Source: Sphyrna mokarran
Lineage: Eukaryota
NCBI GenBank assembly: GCA_024679065.1
Contig: JAGIQG010000020.1
Coordinates: 21,948,001-22,012,000, forward strand
DNA length: 64,000 nt
Reading direction: 5' to 3'
This document shows, piece by piece, positions 10,822 through 23,047 of the stretch. The translations under genes and the position numbers were made by a program. The notes below the pieces were generated by a model. That model was not told where the DNA came from. It worked only from the letters and a program-made list of their open reading frames with translations, and did not search any database. How positions within the stretch are numbered: the first letter of the stretch is position 1; every line of letters begins with the position of its first letter.

Positions 10822-11586
10822 GTATGAGCAAAAATATACAAAATAGCAGCAACATTTTTGAAGTATATAATCAGCTGTGAAGCAATTTGGAGTGTCTTGA
10901 GATGATGAAAAGCACAATATAAATTCAGGCTCCCTCTAATTTTTGGTGGGTTCACATAACTTCAGTGTTTGGAGCACCTCAACCCATTGCTTGATGCCCT
11001 AAGATCAAGTAAATGTTGAACTTGGATTATGAATTGGAGGCTTTGAGATAAATTTTAAAGTCAGCCAAGGAAAACCAAATTATCTTGAGTAAGTCGCATG
11101 TCCATTTGACTTAGGCCCATCTCTAATGTAAATAAAAGGACTAAAGGCTTTTTTGTGTCACCATTCTTGGCTAATCCTTGGTCCATCCAGTGGCCACGAT
11201 TATTGACTTCTCCTCTTGCGGTCTCTCTGATGAGTTGCTTTCTGCTGCAAGTTGCTAAATGAGAACAATCTTTTTTGATTCATTTCTACAAGACTAACAA
11301 CTTATCACCATGCCGATAATAGTGCAATCAATTAGAAGGATCATTAAAATTACAAGTGCTTAAGATTTATGGCATATGACATTTTACTAAATATGAATTC
11401 AGTCTCTACAGTTGATTATAAAGTATATAACATGCCAGTTGAATAATTATAAATCTAATACCTTCCCACTCTTAATTGTTTATACATAAATATGTATATA
11501 ATGATTGGAATGCATACTTTGTGCAGTTTTTCTTGGTGCAGATGGGACCAATATAATCATACATGGATGCTTTTCAAGTATTGGTT

Positions 11587-11695
11587 GATCTTATTATCAT
11601 CTTCATTTTTTTATTAACATGTAAATTAAGATGTACACCTCTCCCCAGTGAACAAATCACTCATTAGCTGTGGGTGTTATTTGATCTATACGAAT
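11587..11695. repeat. Second copy of the 9151-9262 segment
   Basis: Direct-orientation match, roughly 90% identical by eye. Confidence 0.9.
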
Positions 11696-11979
11696 GTGCT
11701 GTTCTACACAAATACAATCGTGGCATCTTTTTCAGCTGGAAAACCATCAATTTAAAATATCATACTGAGATGGTGGTAAATCTTGCAAATGGCTTCTTGT
11801 GCCACTTTGCTCGCTCGCAGCACAGACTGCTTCCCAAATGAGATTTAACACCCTCGACAACCAATGATCTTTACGAGTTGTGAGAAAACATCATTGATAC
11901 TTTCACTGAGTCTAAACTCTTTGGTTGCACAGGCAAGCTTAATTGGTGGCATAATGCAACACCGTTTAGAAACACATAT

Positions 11980-12764
11980 TGTTATAATTCTAGCTGATGT
12001 TAGTACTAGGAAGTCTGGAACCCGGTTTGATACATCATAACTTCTTTAATCCATGAGGGGCAGTTACTGAACAGGTTCAAAAGACAATTAATTATTTGGT
12101 AAACACAAAAATGGACTACGATATAATGGACAAAAAGGTTGGAAAGATTTCAATATGGATACCACAAAGTTATTCAGATTTGTACTATTCCTTCTATCCC
12201 AGAAACCCTTACAGGTCCAGAACCCCAGTGAAGTTTTACCATTGTCACAATGCCATGGTTTCTTGCTTGAGTTAAATCTGCTTCAAGCAGTTTTCCTCTA
12301 GTAGACTCCTGGGCGGTCAATAGATGCTTTTGAAATCTAAACTTTAACTTCAGAGCAAATGCACAAGTTCCTTCAACTCAGATACTCAGAAGCTTTTTTT
12401 AAGAAGATTTCTTATTGGAAAGGTCACACCTTCTGCCTCCAATTTCTGGTCTGCACAAGTTACTTGTTATAGTGGATCTTTTAACTTTAATTATTTCCAC
12501 ACATTGGACCACCCAATACTCTGGGTCTCTTCCTATCTCCTAGTTGCACAGCCAATGCCCTTGCTGCTTGGCATCATCTCATTGATGACTTCCTTTTTCT
12601 TAACTGGGACATGTTTCAGTCTTTGTCTCTTACCTGAGACTTCCTCTTGGGATCTCTTCCTAACCCTCTCCTTTGTCCTATACCTGGGACACTTCTCTTC
12701 AGATTAAAGTTGACTGACTACTGCTCATCACTAACTCTTGAACTATGCAGGGAAATCTGTCACA
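11980..12764 (-). mobile_element. LTR-like fragment
   Basis: Starts tgttataattctagc, similar to the tgtta(c/t)...atc ends of other solo LTRs in the window. No TSD found and the right boundary is uncertain. Confidence 0.35.
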
Positions 12765-12809
12765 GCGGATCCACTATCAGCAATTGGACATGCTATACCT
12801 TTAATTGGG

Positions 12810-12910
12810 CAGTGGAGAGGGCCTGGGAAAGATACTCTTTCAGAAATTCGATGCAGACTTGATGGACTGAATGGTTTCACCTATACTGTAGGAATTCTAT
12901 GGATCTATGA
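12810..12910 (+). mobile_element. HE1/CR1 3' tail fragment
   Basis: gagggcctgggaaagatactctttcagaaattcgatgcagacttgatggactgaatgg...actgtaggaattctatg. Confidence 0.7.
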
Positions 12911-13226
12911 TAACAATGACTATAGCAATATTCCTGGCATAAGGAGTTGAATTCCTAACCAGATTCAATATGATGTGGACTTGTGATTATATATTTTTTT
13001 GAAGAAGCATATAGTCCTATGTGAACTGCTGATTCATTTCCTTTAATTGGCTTGGACAGTAAAACGTGAAAGGATGTGGCTTGAGACATCACATTCCTTT
13101 GGAACGATAAAAGATTGAGGACAATAGTACATTTCAGTAATTTGTTGCCACAGCTGTATGGTCATTACGTGAAAAGTACTTCAACTGCTACAGTGGCCAT
13201 AATAACTATTATTAATGTCCACATAG

Positions 13227-13296
13227 GTGTTTGGGCCCATGGAGACTATGCTAAGATAAACCCCAAAACTGGAGGAATTATGATGCTTGGCCGAAG
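13227..13296 (+). CDS. AACS: Acetoacetyl-CoA synthetase, internal exon (70 nt; likely exon 15)
   Basis: acatag| acceptor and |gtaggt donor. Translates (G)[22 protein letters not shown](S), containing the adenylate-forming GD and GR motifs. Confidence 0.96.
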
Positions 13297-14138
13297 GTAG
13301 GTTTGAGAAATTAAAATTGGTTGTTTAAGTTTTCTGAATCTCTGATATTATTATGACTCCAGTGCTCTCATTTAGAGAAATTGCTTTAAGATGAGAGAAA
13401 ACTTCCATCAAATTAGTGTAGGGGACAAAGTTTGCATGTGAATACTATGTTTCTTTATCAAGATAGTTCTTTGTATTGTGTATATATTTTGGGTGTTTAC
13501 TGTAGATTGATTTTTTTTTAAAAGTGCACTAAATGCCTTCTACCCAGTCTTTAATCAATTTTCTGGAATATCTGATTTTTATTTTGTGACTTATTAACAG
13601 CTGGAGACAGTTGATTGATTATAAAGCGTTGACTGTTAGTCAGGTTTATGGACAGTATTCTCTATGACACAAATGCCAATGACTTCAAGTGGAATTTTTC
13701 TGTGCCACCTACCATGGGAATCGTTAGCAGGCAGGACTGGACCATGCAGAGGTCCATTGAGCTTAAGTGGGATTTTTCTGGTCTTGGAGTGGGCTCTCAA
13801 AATTTGGGGATGTAGATATATATAAATCAGGATAGATAACATTCTTACTTATTCTTAGCTATGCATTTTTAAAAGAATATATTATTTAAATATATATTCA
13901 AATTGAAAGCCAATCTACTTTAACTCGTTCAGTCCAGACTTGTTAGAGATAGTGGCATATCAGAGTTAAAGCTGATTTATCCTGCCCCGGGTGCTTGGTC
14001 TGATTTATATCAAGTTGTATAAATGTGAATAGCTACCTCTGTATGCTTAGCTATAGACTCCCCCTTTCCCTTTTTTTTTCCCCATTAACTTCTGTCTTCT
14101 GTATTTTTACTTGAATTTGGCAATCAATTTTTAAAAAA

Positions 14139-14330
14139 ATTCATTCATGGAATACGGACATTGCTGGCTAGATCAGCATTTATTGGCCATCCCTAATTGC
14201 ATTTGTGAAGGTGGTGGTGAGCTGCCTTCTTGAACTGCTGCAGTCCATGTGGTGTAGGTACATCCACTAAGTTGTTGGGGAGAGAGTTCCAGGGTTTTGA
14301 TCCAGTGACAGTGAAGGAATGGCAAATTGA
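14139..14330 (-). mobile_element. 3' end of a non-HER1 LINE (tail gggatgggcaataaatgctg)
   Basis: attcattcatggaatacggacattgctggctagatcagcatttattggccatccctaattgc...; same family as 16028-16735 and 38185-38360. Confidence 0.7.
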
Positions 14331-15438
14331 TTGAATCCCAACCAAAACAGTGAAATTGACTTGATTGAGAGAACATTTGTAATGTTATATAAATGTTACT
14401 TTCAATTTTATTAGTTTGTTGACTCTTATGCAGTAGAAAATTGTAACAACTTCATGAGTTCATACATGGCTGTATATTAAGCTGCCAGGAAATAATCTTT
14501 GCCTAGGCAGACATGATATGTAGTATCATAAAAAATATCATGATCTATCCATAATGTGTAGTATTCCTTTTATACAACTTTTTCATGCTTGTTAGTTTAT
14601 GATTATACCTGAATCAGAGCTATATCACAAAGTGACAGCTCATTCGTACAGCCTTCCTGAGCATAACATATAGCAAGTTATTATTTACACATATTAGATA
14701 ACATCTGTAATATAGTCACACATGTTTATAAGCCAAAGATGAGGGCCATTGATTTTTAATTTGGTGCAAATAGTTAACTTGATTATCTGAACTCAGATGC
14801 CATTGTATACAGTACAGGGCTGCTTGTGAGAGAAGCCTTCAGTCAATTTCCTGATATCTGAGCATCATTCAAAATGCACACTGCGTATCAACTGCTACAG
14901 AACAAGGACTAATACAAGCTATTCATATGTCATTGACATTGTATGCCTGACAGTCTTAACTTAACAGCAGTCCATGGTATTAGACAAATGTTGGCTTGAC
15001 TTAATGGCACAGATTGGATTTGACTTGGGCAAGTTTAGCAATGTCTCACTGCTATGTGAGTGGACTGAGAAATGCAGCACTCCATAATGCACCTTATGGA
15101 TGTAAATTGTATTTGGTGGATAATGAACTAATTTGTTGGACCCTTGAGTTTAAACTGGATATAAAATTGCCATGCATTAACTTCTGGTGGGTGTAATGGA
15201 TTGAAAATTTCCGAATCCCTGATTCACTTTAAAATAAACTATTTCTTTTTACCCGATTCCACTGTTTGCCTTTGGATCCTTGACCCTGATACAGTTGTAT
15301 TGACGTACCCGAGGAAGCAGTGATAATATATTATTTTCTAATTTGGCCCAACCCTCAAAACTGAGTAGTACAGCTTTTGTTCTGTATTTTGTCTTGCGTT
15401 CAAGGTGATCCACTCTAATCTATTTCTCCCTTTCGTAG

Positions 15439-15497
15439 TGATGGCACTTTGAATCCAAATGGAGTGAGATTTGGGAGTTCCGAAATCTACCACATTG
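15439..15497 (+). CDS. AACS: Acetoacetyl-CoA synthetase, internal exon (59 nt; likely exon 16)
   Basis: tttcgtag| acceptor and |gtaatg donor. Translates (S)[19 protein letters not shown](V), the hinge motif GRSD...G.R. Confidence 0.96.
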
Positions 15498-16027
15498 GTA
15501 ATGTTTTAAGTGTGATGATCTAATGTAATGTTTTTCTATAACTGCTGTTGCATAATTTTATTTCTACATGTTGCTTTCACAGTGATAACGTGTTACCAAT
15601 CCAGAGATCAGTGATCACGTTAGTCCCATAATTACTCAGCTGCAACTTGCTGCTTTATCACATGTGCTTAAAAGTAACAGAAAGTAAATATATTTTGGAA
15701 AATAAATGTTTTTTCTCTTTAGCATTAAAAGTTTACTTCAGTTGAAAAGTCCTTTGTCGCTAGTAATAGGCCAAGTAGGCAGTCCAGCAGGGGAAATGGT
15801 TTGAAATCCTTGTCAAGGTGTTGGGGTAGAGTTTCTGCCAGATATAAAGCTGGCAGTGAAGATTGGTCACACATTATAGAAACTGCCCAATTTTCATTAT
15901 CACTTTTCTCAAAGCTTAATATCAGGTGTTAGGAAAGATAGCAGAAGCTTTCTTATTTCATTATTAACTAAAATATCTGAAGTTGAAGAACATTTTTTTT
16001 AAAAGCACTTGATTTTCTGTAAGGAAA

Positions 16028-16735
16028 GTTTTTTTTTCCATTAATTTATGGGATGTGGTGTCACTGGCTGGATCAGCATTTATTGCCCATCTCTAGTTGC
16101 CCTTAAGAACGTGGTGACGAACTATCTTGAACCACCGTGGTTCTGAGATGTAGGCACACGCATAGTGCTGTTAAGGAGGGAGTTCCAGGATTTTGACCTA
16201 GCGACAGTGAAGGAATAGTAATTTATTTCCAAGTCAGGATGGTGAGTGGCTTGGAGGGGAATTTGCAGATGGTAGTATTCCCAGGTATCTGCTGCTCTTG
16301 TCCTAGATGTATGGTCATAGGTTTGGAAGGTGCTGCCAAGGAACTTTGGTGAATTCCTGCAGGGCATCTTGTAGATGGTTTACGTGGCTGCCATTGTTTG
16401 TTGATGGTGGAAGGTTGAAAGTTTGTGGAAGGGATAACAATTAAAGAGGTTTGTTTGTCTTGAATAGTATCCAACTTCTTGAGTTGTTGAAGCTGGACTC
16501 ATTCAGGCAAGGGAAGAGTATTCCATTGCACTCCTGACTTGTGCCTTGTAAATGTGGACAGGCTCTGGGAAGTCAGGTGATGAGCTACTCGCTGCAGGAT
16601 TCCTAACCTTTGATCTGCTTTTGTAGTCACAGTATTTATATGGCTAGTCCAGTTCAGTTTTTGGTCAATGGTAACCCCCAAAATAGTGATAGTGGGGGAT
16701 TCAGCAAATGGTTATGTCATTGAATGTCAAGGGAA
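16028..16735 (-). mobile_element. 5'-truncated non-HER1 LINE (CR1/Jockey group)
   Basis: ORF 16499-16681 reads GVTIDQKLNWTSHIN...QRLGILQRVAHHLTSQSLST. Its 3' tail is shared with the SINEs at 17725, 44225, 47257 and 61095. Confidence 0.8.
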
Positions 16736-16749
16736 ATAAACCAACATTA

Positions 16750-17330
16750 TTGAATTCCCTGAAGAAGTACCAAGTTGTAGGCATGGAAATTACAACGAAT
16801 GGGATACATGGATCATAAGAAGGCCTTTTTAAAGGCATCATAAATGGGATTCATAACAAAGGTGAAATTGTGTGGAGTCAAGATCCAGGGAATAGAGTAC
16901 ATTGAAAGAAACAAAACACCTAAAGATGAGAATTGAGAAAAGTTTCTCAGACTGTCAAAGTGGAAAATCGTGTCCTGCAGGAATCTGTCTTTTGGACCAC
17001 TGCTGTTTATCAATGATTTAGGCTCAAATCTGCAAATTATGTTGGCAATGAATATGGAAGCCCACACCAAAATATATGAATACTAGCTTGTAGTTTGGAC
17101 AGATAAGATTTGACAAATAAGATTTGATGTAGCGAAATATGTGACCATCCATTTTTAATGGGAACAATGAGCTTTCATTTCTTGGAAGATATGAAACTGA
17201 ATGGAGCACTGAAGCAAAGAGATCAGAGTATAGATGCTCAAATTACTAAAAGCAGCAGTGCAAGTTGATTAGGCCACATGCATGAGGGAAATGGTAAGGG
17301 ATAGAGTGGGTAGAGGCCATTAAAGTAAGA
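16750..17330 (+). mobile_element. Decayed CR1 RT fragment
   Basis: DFLKA/FKKAF-like segment, gtgtcctgcaggaatctgtctttggaccactgctgttt (VPQGSVLGPLLF-like) and FNV.KC-like patches. Confidence 0.6.
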
Positions 17331-17883
17331 AGAGACTAACATAGAATATAAACACTGACAGGCTGAATAACCTGTTTTTTTGTGCACCATAGATTTATGT
17401 ACACCCAAGGTTTCTGACAATCTGCCACTGAAATTATGAGTGGAGATTGGGAGAAGTTTACAGAAATATGCACTGTTATCTTGAGGTTGGAGTTAAGGCA
17501 TATGGCTGGAGAACTCTACTTTTATATGACCCAATGTGAAACCTGGAATGGCAATGTTGGAGAGTGCCACAGATGTGAAGTTTTCCAAATCCCTGAACCT
17601 GTGCATTCATTAAATTGTGAAGTTAACTGTACTCATGATGTGTTTTTACTCATTTACAAATCCAACATAGTGATATCAGATCAGTTAGAAATTGTAAGTT
17701 GCTCATATGAAGTTGTGGGGAACTGGGGAGGCAATGGCCGAGTGGTATTATCGCTTGACTACAGAAATTCAGCTAATATTCTGGGGACCTGGGTTTGAAT
17801 CCTGCCATGGCAGACGGTGGGATTTGAATTCAAGTAAAAAAATCTGGAATTAAGAATCTACTAATGACCGTGAAAACATTGTC

Positions 17884-18220
17884 CATAGAATCCCTGCAGT
17901 GCAGAAGGAGGCCATTTTGGCCACTGAGTCTGCACAAACTCCCCGGCAGAGCAATCTACATAGACTCTATCCCCATATTCCCTTGTATTTACTCCATTTA
18001 ATCCCCCTAACCCGCACATACTGGGAAACTAAAGGGCAATTTAGCATGGTCAATCCACCTAACCTACACACCTTTGGACTGTGGGAAGAAATTGGACCAT
18101 CTGGAGGGAACCCATGCTGACATGGGAAGAACATAAAAATTCCACAAAAACAGTCACCGAAGGCCAGAATTGAACCTGGGTCCCGAGCACTGAGATGCAG
18201 CAGTGATAACCACCGTGCCG
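17884..18220 (-). mobile_element. HE1-type V-SINE (type A), nested in the type C SINE
   Basis: Full head, V-domain and CR1-type tail on the minus strand. Confidence 0.85.
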
Positions 18221-18398
18221 TCATTGTTGGAAAAACCCATCTGGTCCACCAAATCCTTTAGGGAAGGAAATCTGCGACCTTACCTGGCCTGACCTATACG
18301 TGACTCCAGAGCAATGTGGTTGATTCTCAGCTGCCCTCTGAAATGGCCTATCAAATCAAATCAGTTCAAGTGCAACCGGGGATGGGCAATAAGTGCTG

Positions 18399-18524
18399 AT
18401 GTGGAGATGTTGGCATTGGACTGGGGTAAACATAGTAAGAAGTCTCACAATACCAAGTTAAAGTCCAACAGGTTTATTTGTAGCAAATGCCACTGCCTGT
18501 TCCTTCATCAGGTGGATGGAGAGA
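18399..18524 (-). mobile_element. Penelope-derived short element nested in the SINE tail
   Basis: gtaagaagtctcacaataccaagttaaagtccaacagg...ccttcatcaggtg, flanked by an 11-bp TSD aataa(g/a)tgctg at 18388-18398 and 18525-18535. Same family as 41170-41337. Confidence 0.75.
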
Positions 18525-18845
18525 AATAAATGCTGGCAGCCAGCTACACCCATGTTCTACAAATAAAAAAAGTGATGATTTAGCAATGCTCCCTGCTTTC
18601 AACAATTTAAAAATACTTGCTAAGCCCCCTTTCTAGGCCATTGGTGAGGCAGGGTTCAAAATCAAAACATAGTCACAGTATGAGTTGTTTGTTTCTCAGC
18701 ACCATAAAGAATAAACTGAAATCTGGCAAAATAGCTACTTAGAATAGTAATTAAATTTGTTGTGTAGTAGCTAAGAAGCCTGTCAGTTGAGAGACTGCAG
18801 TCTTTTTTCCTGTCTGAAAGAAATTTGTGCCATTTTGTCCTGTAG

Positions 18846-19048
18846 TGGAAGCTTTTGAGGAAGTTATGGACAGTCTCTGTGTCCCACAGTATAACAAGGA
18901 TGGTGAAGAAAGAGTCATTCTTTTCCTAAAGATGGCCTGCAATCAGGTTTTCACAGCAGATCTGGTGAAGAGGATAAGATATGCCATTCGAGTGGCTTTA
19001 TCAGCTAGACATGTGCCTGCCTTTATTCTGGAGACTAAAGACATTCCG
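18846..19048 (+). CDS. AACS: Acetoacetyl-CoA synthetase, internal exon (203 nt; likely exon 17)
   Basis: cctgtag| acceptor and |gtaagt donor. Translates (V)[67 protein letters not shown]. Confidence 0.97.
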
Positions 19049-19170
19049 GTAAGTTCATGCATCTTTTGAATAGCTTTTCATATTCTCTTTCAAATAAACT
19101 GTTTTCTGTTATTTATGAAGTCACATATTTGTTATTGTAGGTGTGAGCTATCATGCTGTGGGATGGTTGG

Positions 19171-19658
19171 AAGCAGAGAACAGACAGCATCTATAAAGAG
19201 AGTAACAGAAAACAGGCAGCATTTATATAGAGATAATGGTAGTGTCTGTAGAGAGAGAAGCAAGAGGATGGTAGTGTCTATAGAGAAAGAAGCAGAGAGA
19301 ACAGGTCGTGTCTGTAGAGAGAGAAGCAGAGAGATCAGGTAGTATCTGTAGAGAGAAGCAGAGAAGACAGGTAGTGTCTGCAGAGAGAAGCAGAAAGAGC
19401 AGGCAGTGTCTATGGAAAGAGAAGCAGAGAGAATAGGCAGTGTCTATATAGAAAGAGAAGCAGAGAGAACAGGCAGTGTCTATAAAGAAAGAAGCAGAGA
19501 ACACAGCAGTTCTATAGAGAGAGAGAGAGAAGCAGGAGAACAGGTATTATCTATAGAGAGAAAACCGGCAGTGTCTATAGAGAGAGAGAGAAAAGCAGAG
19601 AACACAGGCAATGTCTATAGAGAGAAGCAGAGACAACAGGCAGCTCCTATAGACAGAA
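19171..19658. repeat. Purine-rich minisatellite, ~27-31-bp units, roughly 17 copies
   Basis: Unit approximately acaggcagtgtctatagagagagaagcagaga, repeated head-to-tail with a variable (AG)n length. Confidence 0.9.
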
Positions 19659-20520
19659 ATACTCCATTGTGCTTCTATTACCTTTAGTCAGAACTCTAAA
19701 TTGATGGATGTATAGTTGACATAAGCCCAATATTTATTTCCCTCAATTTACACAAGGAATAAGGAATTGATCTTGAATGTGCCAACATTATTCCTTGAAT
19801 TATAAGAGTGGAAATCATATTTAATAGTGATAGCAATGAGCTGGACAGTTTTTCTAAATTGAGAAATTCCTTGGATCCTAGGCACTAGTTTACAGATTGT
19901 TCTTGAACCATAAATCTGCGTTAATGTAAATAATATTCCCAATTGCAATAAATCCCCACAGATTAACTTTGCAGAATTAGCCTGCAGTACTTCTTGAGAA
20001 GGTTTAGCTCAGTTACATGCAATTATTGTCTGACTAGTAAGACTTGAAGCAGTAAGTTTGGTAAATCTGATCTGCATTTAACTATATTATTTATTTCGAA
20101 TTGGTCAGGCAGTTGGAAAATGTCTCTCCAATCAATTTATGTGGCTTTATTTCAGTCCATTGACTTTGAGACTTTGATTCATAATTGAAATCTCAGATAT
20201 TGTGTACTTTATTTTGCTAGGGATATTTTATTTGTAAAACTTCACATTTATCAGTTTGAAATAATCTGTGTTCTGTAAAAACAAATGTTTGACTATGATT
20301 CAAGTATACTGGAGCTTTTGATTAGAGCAGGAATAATAAAATTGAAAGTTTTGGTTTTTTTAAAGGGCCAGGTGTACTTATATTACACAAAGTATATAAT
20401 GTAGCCTGAAACCTGATATGCATTCTTGATCTTAACCCATGAAAGTATAGTAATATTTCTGTGTCAAATGATTGTGGGGTAATTTTGTGACTGGGATTTA
20501 GTGAACATGTGCGTGTGTGC

Positions 20521-21835
20521 ATACTTCCCTACGCTGATATCCCATTCCTTTGCAATAAATATCAATATTCCATTTGTTTTCCTAATCACTTGCTGCACTG
20601 ATATACTAACCTTTACCCAAAGGGTGGTTCGGGAGTGGAATGCCCTGCCTGCAGCAGTTGTAGATGCGCCAAGTTTGGTGGCGTTTAAGAGGTTAGTTGA
20701 TAAGTATATGGAAGAGAAGGGAATGGTTTAGAGGGGCATTTGGAGGGGCATTGCTTTTTATATTGGTCGGCGCAACATCGAAGGCCGAAGGGCCTGTTCT
20801 GTGCTGTAATGTTCTATGTTCTAACCTTTCGGGATTCATTTACCTGTCAAAGTGGACAAATTCACGTTTTTTTACACACAACACTCCATCTATCAATGTT
20901 TTGTCTACTCAGTTAACCTGCCTATACCCCTTTTATAGGCACCCCTGGCTCCTCTTGACAACTTTAGCCATTGTACATTCAGTCCCTTCACCTAACTTAT
21001 TGATGTAAATTGCAAATAGTTGAGGCAGCAGCACTGATCCCTGTCACACTCCAATTGGGCAGGATCGATCGGACTTGCCAACCTGAGAGAGGCCTATTTG
21101 TCATTACTCTCTGCGAACTGTTAGCTAACCAATCCTTTATCCATGCTGATGTTGCATTACACTGTAATCTTATATAATAGCCTTTGAGGCAACATCTTAT
21201 CAAATGCTTTCTGGAAATCTAAGTACAACACATCTATAGGTCCCCCTTTATTCCTTCGCTTTTTACTTTCTCAAAAAACTCTAATCAATTAGTTAAACAC
21301 AATTTTCCTTTCACAAACCCACGTTGATTCTGTCTGATCAGATGATTTTCTAAGTATCCTGCTATAGCTTCTTTAATAATGGATTCTAATAATTTCCCTG
21401 TGACAGATGTTAGGCTATGTCATCTCCATGTCAGTTTCCTCCTTTCTGTCTTTCTCCTTTTTTTAAATAAAGATGTTACATTAGCTATTTTCCAATCCAC
21501 TGAGAGCTTTCCAGAATTGAAGAAATTTTTGAAGATTGGAACTGAAGCACCTATTATCTTTACTGTCGCTGCTTTAGAGATCATATAGCTTAAAAAAACT
21601 ATAGGATGCAGACCATCCAGTCCTAGGGACTCTTCAGGCTGTGGATATAATAATTTTCCCAGCATCTTTCCTTTCATGATTTTTTTTGTTTTAAGTTCTT
21701 CCCTCCCGTTCAGCTCTTGATTTTCAAGTATCTCTGGGAAGCTTTCTAAATGTTGTACATTGAAGACAGACTATCTGTGCAATACTTCTACCATTTCCTT
21801 GTTTTCCATGCTGAATGCACCAGGCTCACTCTCCA
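20521..21835 (-). mobile_element. CR1 LINE fragment (RT region)
   Basis: ORF 21420-21677 reads GLDGLHP...IFKNFFNSGKLSVDWKIANVTSLFKK; ORF 20997-21203 reads WIKDWLANSSQRV. Confidence 0.8.
20615..20820 (+). mobile_element. Short young CR1 3' end inserted into the older CR1
   Basis: TQRVVREWNALPAAVVDA plus tail gggcctgttctgtgctgtaatgttctatgtt. 9-bp TSD ctaaccttt at 20606-20614 and 20821-20829. Confidence 0.85.
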
Positions 21836-21865
21836 GAGTGAGGGTTTGATTATGACACAATAGTC

Positions 21866-22872
21866 TGTTACTCCTCCCCTCCCCTTAAGCTTCTCAAGTA
21901 TATACACATTTAACATTAACAGGGTTACAAAGTATATCTTTGGCTATAATGGTCTCAGTGACTCACAGTCCCTTTGAACATACAGGCTGGCTCTAGTCAA
22001 ATACACTGTCCACTCTGAATGAATCCTAGTGAATCTCCATGGATTTCTCCTCAAAATTCCCCAAGCTGATTCTTATACTGTGAGCCACCTTGTCTCACTG
22101 AATTTTGGCTTCCACACAAGCGATTCCAAATTCCTCTTTCATACAGACACATTTTCAAATCTTCTTTTAAATACTGCTTTCTGTCAGTTGCTTCTATTAA
22201 GGTTACACTTCCAGGCTTTACACCCTGTTCAAGATTCCCTTGTCTTGACTATTGCATAAACTCTTCACAGTTACTTGAGCTTTTGATTCCCAGACTGTAT
22301 TAAGATGGCACCAAACGTTTGATTTAGTCTACTTATTGCAGCTATCTGTTCAATTCAGCACACTGAATCTACTTTTCCCTTGAGCTCTTCTGAAGAATAC
22401 CTTGTTCAACTTCTTGGTCTCTGTTTTCTTCGTTTCATGTTCTTAAGACATTCATTCTGTCCAAATTCCCTGGTTATCTGAACTTTATCTAGTCCTTTCT
22501 GCAGCTGCCTTGTCCAGCTTTTCTTCTGGCAGAGCTGAGAGACATTTACTCCCAGTTTATCATCTTCAACTGCAATGTACCCAGCTCAAGAAATAAACTC
22601 GGAGCTTTCCTATTCTAAGGATGCCCCAGTTGCTAAGCAATGACTTTATATTCTACCAGCTTGTTTACTTTTCAGGCTGTAACTATTTCTAAGCACAGTG
22701 CAGGCATAGCAACTCTGTGTATACAAATATCTTTGTCCAACAAGAATCCAATTGTTGGTTGATCCTTCCTTACGCAGAAACACTAAATTAAACCCACTTA
22801 AAACTATACCTTATTTTTAATATTTAACAACATGAATATAAATTCCTTAAAGCTATTTACACTTTCCTGACA
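21866..22872 (-). mobile_element. Probable solo LTR
   Basis: tgttac...tgaca ends around ~1 kb of non-coding sequence; imperfect flanks tagtc/acgtc. Confidence 0.45.
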
Positions 22873-23047
22873 ACGTCATTCATTTAAAGCCCAATGTCTT
22901 CAGTGCAAGGGTGCATTTATTACATACTACACTCTACTTTGCACAGATAATGAGTGACCTGATACTAGGTGGGCCAATACCTCATGTATTTAAGAAATTG
23001 ACAAGCTGTTCTTATTTCCACTACCTCCCACCTTTTTTTCCTCTCAG

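Larger units (their letters stand above)
17725..18571 (+). mobile_element. tRNA-derived SINE (type C) carrying two nested insertions
   Basis: Head ggggaggcaatggccgagtgg...ctgggtttgaatcctgcc, body cccatctggt...tttagggaaggaaatctgc, and tail gggatgggcaataa.tgctgg...aataaaaaa. Confidence 0.8.

Noticed and set aside
19171-19658. CRISPR-like regular array
   Set aside because: Units are head-to-tail with no unique spacers, the context is a eukaryotic intron, and there are no cas genes.
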